DNA of 64,000 nucleotides from Coleofasciculus sp. B1-GNL1-01 (GTDB lineage: Bacteria; Cyanobacteriota; Cyanobacteriia; Cyanobacteriales; Coleofasciculaceae). A program made the translations under genes and the position numbers. The stretch lies in assembly GCA_040220235.1 (NCBI GenBank), contig JAVJTO010000048.1; one strand, 5' to 3'. Positions 60,951-64,000 of this stretch are shown one piece after another. Each line of letters starts with the position of its first letter. Position 1 is the stretch's first letter. Under the pieces are notes generated by a model that ran no database searches, was not told the DNA's origin, and saw nothing but the letters and a program-made list of their open reading frames with translations.

Positions 60951-61526
60951 AACGATCAGATTAAGCCAACTAGGATAGGCACAAGACTGGTGATTTTGTA
61001 AGGGTAATCCCTGATACGTCGAACCTATTTCGCTAACACCCTGCTCAAATTCCTCCAGATTCATAGTATCAACTTCAACAAGTGCCTCAAACGCAATTGT
61101 CCACCAATTCTCATTGTTAACGGTAAGCTGGGTTAATTCATAGGTAATCTCTTGGTAAAAACGTTGCGATCGCGCTTTGTTCACCGACACCCATGATCCT
61201 TGTGTCAAGCCGCCTTTGGGCATGAGACTCTCAGACGTTGAGTCTTGACAACTCCACTTAATCCATTGTTCAATCCCGCCTTCCCAGTGGCGACTAAATT
61301 GTCGGATACCCAATTCTGCCTTACGCCACTTAACCTCTAAACTGCCTTGCCGAAATTTAATATTCAGATAGGGACAATCGGGGATATAAAGATAAGTATC
61401 CTCCCTGGTTTCTGGCGATCCTAATATCTCACCTGGACAATCTGTGGTGAACCAATCATTCACCTGTTTGGGTAAACTACCGCGATTGAACCAGCGCAGT
61501 TCTAATGTGATGAAGTCATTTGTCAT
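60948..61526 (-). CDS. Hypothetical protein, possibly CYTH-like
   Basis: ELRWF, REDTY, KFR..LEVK, K.R, ELT and FEA pattern. Confidence 0.6.
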   Translation of the reverse strand: MTNDFITLELRWFNRGSLPKQVNDWFTTDCPGEILGSPETREDTYLYIPDCPYLNIKFRQGSLEVKWRKAELGIRQFSRHWEGGIEQWIKWSCQDSTSESLMPKGGLTQGSWVSVNKARSQRFYQEITYELTQLTVNNENWWTIAFEALVEVDTMNLEEFEQGVSEIGSTYQGLPLQNHQSCAYPSWLNLIV

Positions 61527-61566
61527 TTTTTAGGTGTAACAGGGAACAGGGAATTAAAATTCAGAC

Positions 61567-62394
61567 TTAATCTTGCTGGTGAGCGAATTTATAAGCGCCA
61601 ACAAAGGATAGTGCGATCGCAAAGGCTAATAACACGGGGATAGAATACCAGGGAAACTGGGATAGGGGTAAATAAGCAGCCGCCCGGAGTCCGGTACTAG
61701 CATAGCTGAGGGGTAACAAGTAGACGATAACTTTTAATGCCAAGGGTAATGTTCTCGGATCAAAGAACGTTGCACCCAAAAATGACATTGGTACAATCAC
61801 AAAATTGTTGTACAATCCCACGGATTCTAAGGACTTGACATTCAATCCCACCAGTACCCCTAACCCGGCAAATACGGCACAATTTAGCAGCAACACTAGC
61901 AAAAATAAGGGATTGATAAAGCTGAAAACTTTACCGGTAAATAGAATCGCTACCACAATCACTGAACCGGATGTCATCAACCCGCGCACGATTCCGGCTA
62001 GAATTTTACCCAAATACAGTGCTAACGGGTGTACAGGCATCAGTAGTGTTTCAGCAAAGGTTTTGGTGTAAAGCCGTTCACCGCATATCGAAAAGGTTGT
62101 CCCACTGAAACTAATCGTCATCGATGAGAGGGCAATCATCCCCGGTAGGATAAACTCTAAATAGCTGTCACCCGCCGCAGGTTCCATGGCTGAATCCAGG
62201 GCGCTACCCAATCCCAAGCCAAATCCGATAATGTAAATTAGTGGGGAGATGAGTCCAGCCGCCGCGACTTGCAGGATTCTCACCCGTAGCTTTAACCATT
62301 CACCCCAGAATACGGTGAGGCTATCGGCGATGATGGTTTGCCATTGACTGCCTTTGAGAGTTTTGCTCAAGGGGAATACGAGATTAGACTTCAC
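61567..62394 (-). CDS. ABC-2 type permease
   Basis: YLEFILPG and LPLSY motifs; about six transmembrane segments. Confidence 0.85.
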   Translation of the reverse strand: MKSNLVFPLSKTLKGSQWQTIIADSLTVFWGEWLKLRVRILQVAAAGLISPLIYIIGFGLGLGSALDSAMEPAAGDSYLEFILPGMIALSSMTISFSGTTFSICGERLYTKTFAETLLMPVHPLALYLGKILAGIVRGLMTSGSVIVVAILFTGKVFSFINPLFLLVLLLNCAVFAGLGVLVGLNVKSLESVGLYNNFVIVPMSFLGATFFDPRTLPLALKVIVYLLPLSYASTGLRAAAYLPLSQFPWYSIPVLLAFAIALSFVGAYKFAHQQD

Positions 62395-62629
62395 AATATC
62401 GATAGGATTAACATCTCTTCTTAATATTACTTCATAATTCCGGGCATCTGGCTTATGGTGTGGGGGAGTCAGTTATTGGTGAGGAGGGCGGGTTTTGTTG
62501 TTCCGTTATTGGTGAGGAGGGCGGGTTTTGTTGTTCCGTTATTTCAGCAATAGCTGACAATAGTCCCTAAACCCGCCCCTACAGTCCCTAAACCCGCCCC
62601 TACAGTTTATTGACCATTTAGGCGGCGGA

Positions 62630-64000
62630 ATGTTTCGCGATGTTCCGGTTAGGTATGAGGGAGATGGGGAAGCTGGGGAAGATGAGGGAGATGAGGGAGA
62701 TGGGGAAGAGGGGAAGGTCAGGGCGGATTTAGCCATACTTGTAGGGGCGGGTTTAGCCACTCAATTCAGACATTCACCGATAACTTCTCAACAAAACCCG
62801 CCCTCCCCACCAATAACCTATCAACAAAAACGGTTTCAGGATAAGGTGGTGTTGATTGGGGCTTACGCGCCCTCGTTACGGGATAGGTTTTATACCCCCT
62901 TTTCTCACTATCAGGGAACTACACCGAAACCGATGTATGGGGTGGAGATTCAGGCGCTGTTGACGAGTCAGATAATTCAGGCGGCGCTGGGGGAAGCTGG
63001 GGGAATTCGGGGGGTGGCGCAACTGTGGGAATATGGCTGGATTTGGCTGTGGGTGAGTTTGGAATATGGGTTTCTACGACGCTGGCGACGGGGGCGTTAT
63101 CCGGGGTTGACGTTGATTATGGCGTTAATTGGGGGGATGGGTTTAAGTGGTGTTGTGCTGGGGGTGACATACACAGCGTTTTTGCTGGATATCTGGATAC
63201 CGTCGGGGGCGGCGTTGGTGGGAATTGGGCTAATGGGGGTGTGGGGAGTGCTGTATTTTTATCTTCAGGAGTTGCAGGAGTATAACCGTTTATTAGTCGC
63301 GCAGGTGAATCAGAAGACGCAGCATTTAGAGGAGGCGTTGATTCAACTGCAAACGACGCAAAATCAGTTAATTCAGCAGGAGAAACTCACGGCGATGAGT
63401 TCCTTGGTGGGAAATTTATCCCATGAGTTGAAAAATCCCCTCTGGGCGCTGGGAAATCGGTTGGAGATTTTAACCATGTTAACTCAGCAATGGCGACAGG
63501 GGAAGGGAGAGGAGGTGGTGTTCAAATGGGAGGAGCAGATAGAGAAGGCGAAACAGGAGTTAAATCGGGCGAATGGGTTGGTGGCGACATTGCTTCCGGT
63601 TCCCCAGGGGGAGTTACCCCAGAGTTTGGCGAGGGCGACGGTGGGGATGATTGTAGAGTTGGCGGTGAAGTTGGCTTGTCCCCAGGATGAGGGGATTGAG
63701 ATAGAGTGGCGATTGGGGGAGTGGGATGGGGTTCCGGTGAAGGTGCCGTTGTTGGTGTTGCGGGTGTTGACAAATTTACTGGATAATGCTGTGTATGCGG
63801 TGCGGTGTAAGCGGGAAGGGTTGGAGGAGTCTGATGCTTCCCCATCTTCCGGTTACATTCCCCAGATTCGGATTGAGTGGGTTAACCCTGAGCGAAGTCG
63901 AAGGGTTAACACCGAGCGACTTGTATCGAGCGGAGTCGAGATAAGTCGAAGGGTCAACAATGAGTCGGTAATTTGGCGGGTTTGGGACAATGGGATAGGG
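62630..64000 (+). CDS. N-terminally truncated CHASE2 sensor histidine kinase (runs off the window)
   Basis: Manual translation from ATG 62630: FQDKVVLIG..D.F.TP, MYGVEIQA, three TM segments, QEKL..SHELKNPL, NLLDNA and DNGIG. Not in the ORF track. Confidence 0.8.
   Translation, partial: MFRDVPVRYEGDGEAGEDEGDEGDGEEGKVRADLAILVGAGLATQFRHSPITSQQNPPSPPITYQQKRFQDKVVLIGAYAPSLRDRFYTPFSHYQGTTPKPMYGVEIQALLTSQIIQAALGEAGGIRGVAQLWEYGWIWLWVSLEYGFLRRWRRGRYPGLTLIMALIGGMGLSGVVLGVTYTAFLLDIWIPSGAALVGIGLMGVWGVLYFYLQELQEYNRLLVAQVNQKTQHLEEALIQLQTTQNQLIQQEKLTAMSSLVGNLSHELKNPLWALGNRLEILTMLTQQWRQGKGEEVVFKWEEQIEKAKQELNRANGLVATLLPVPQGELPQSLARATVGMIVELAVKLACPQDEGIEIEWRLGEWDGVPVKVPLLVLRVLTNLLDNAVYAVRCKREGLEESDASPSSGYIPQIRIEWVNPERSRRVNTERLVSSGVEISRRVNNESVIWRVWDNGIG

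Overview
Chromosomal window from a filamentous cyanobacterium, most likely Oscillatoriales/Coleofasciculus-like (inferred from dense HIP1 GCGATCGC sites, heptamer STRR tracts, many REP/MITE-type palindromes and beta-carboxysome genes). Core content: mntCAB with two ManR-type boxes, aroE, avtA, recR, a cruE/cruH-like carotenoid pair, cheB-cheR plus two PAS kinases, a cation-chloride cotransporter, argC, smtB, a ZIP transporter, tRNA-Gly(CCC), ccmK2K1LMNO with a LysR regulator, and ndhF4-ndhD4-cupB. Accessory content: a Trypco1 plus trypsin-NACHT module that runs off the left edge and is absent from the ORF track, two MNT-HEPN loci (one with a truncated toxin), a 2.7-kb island bracketed by inverted copies of a 103-bp MITE, a repeat-flanked type II R-M cassette, and a truncated CHASE2 kinase that runs off the right edge. 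Unusual signals read directly from the sequence: palindromic repeats inserted in frame in several proteins, a probable ACG start for recR, an A9 slippery site that separates a kinase from its RBS/ATG, a cheR whose conserved N-terminus has no in-frame canonical start, kilobase strand-skew patches that ignore gene orientation, and a 27-Asp tail on an S-layer-homology protein. All family calls come from motif recognition by eye; no database searches were run.
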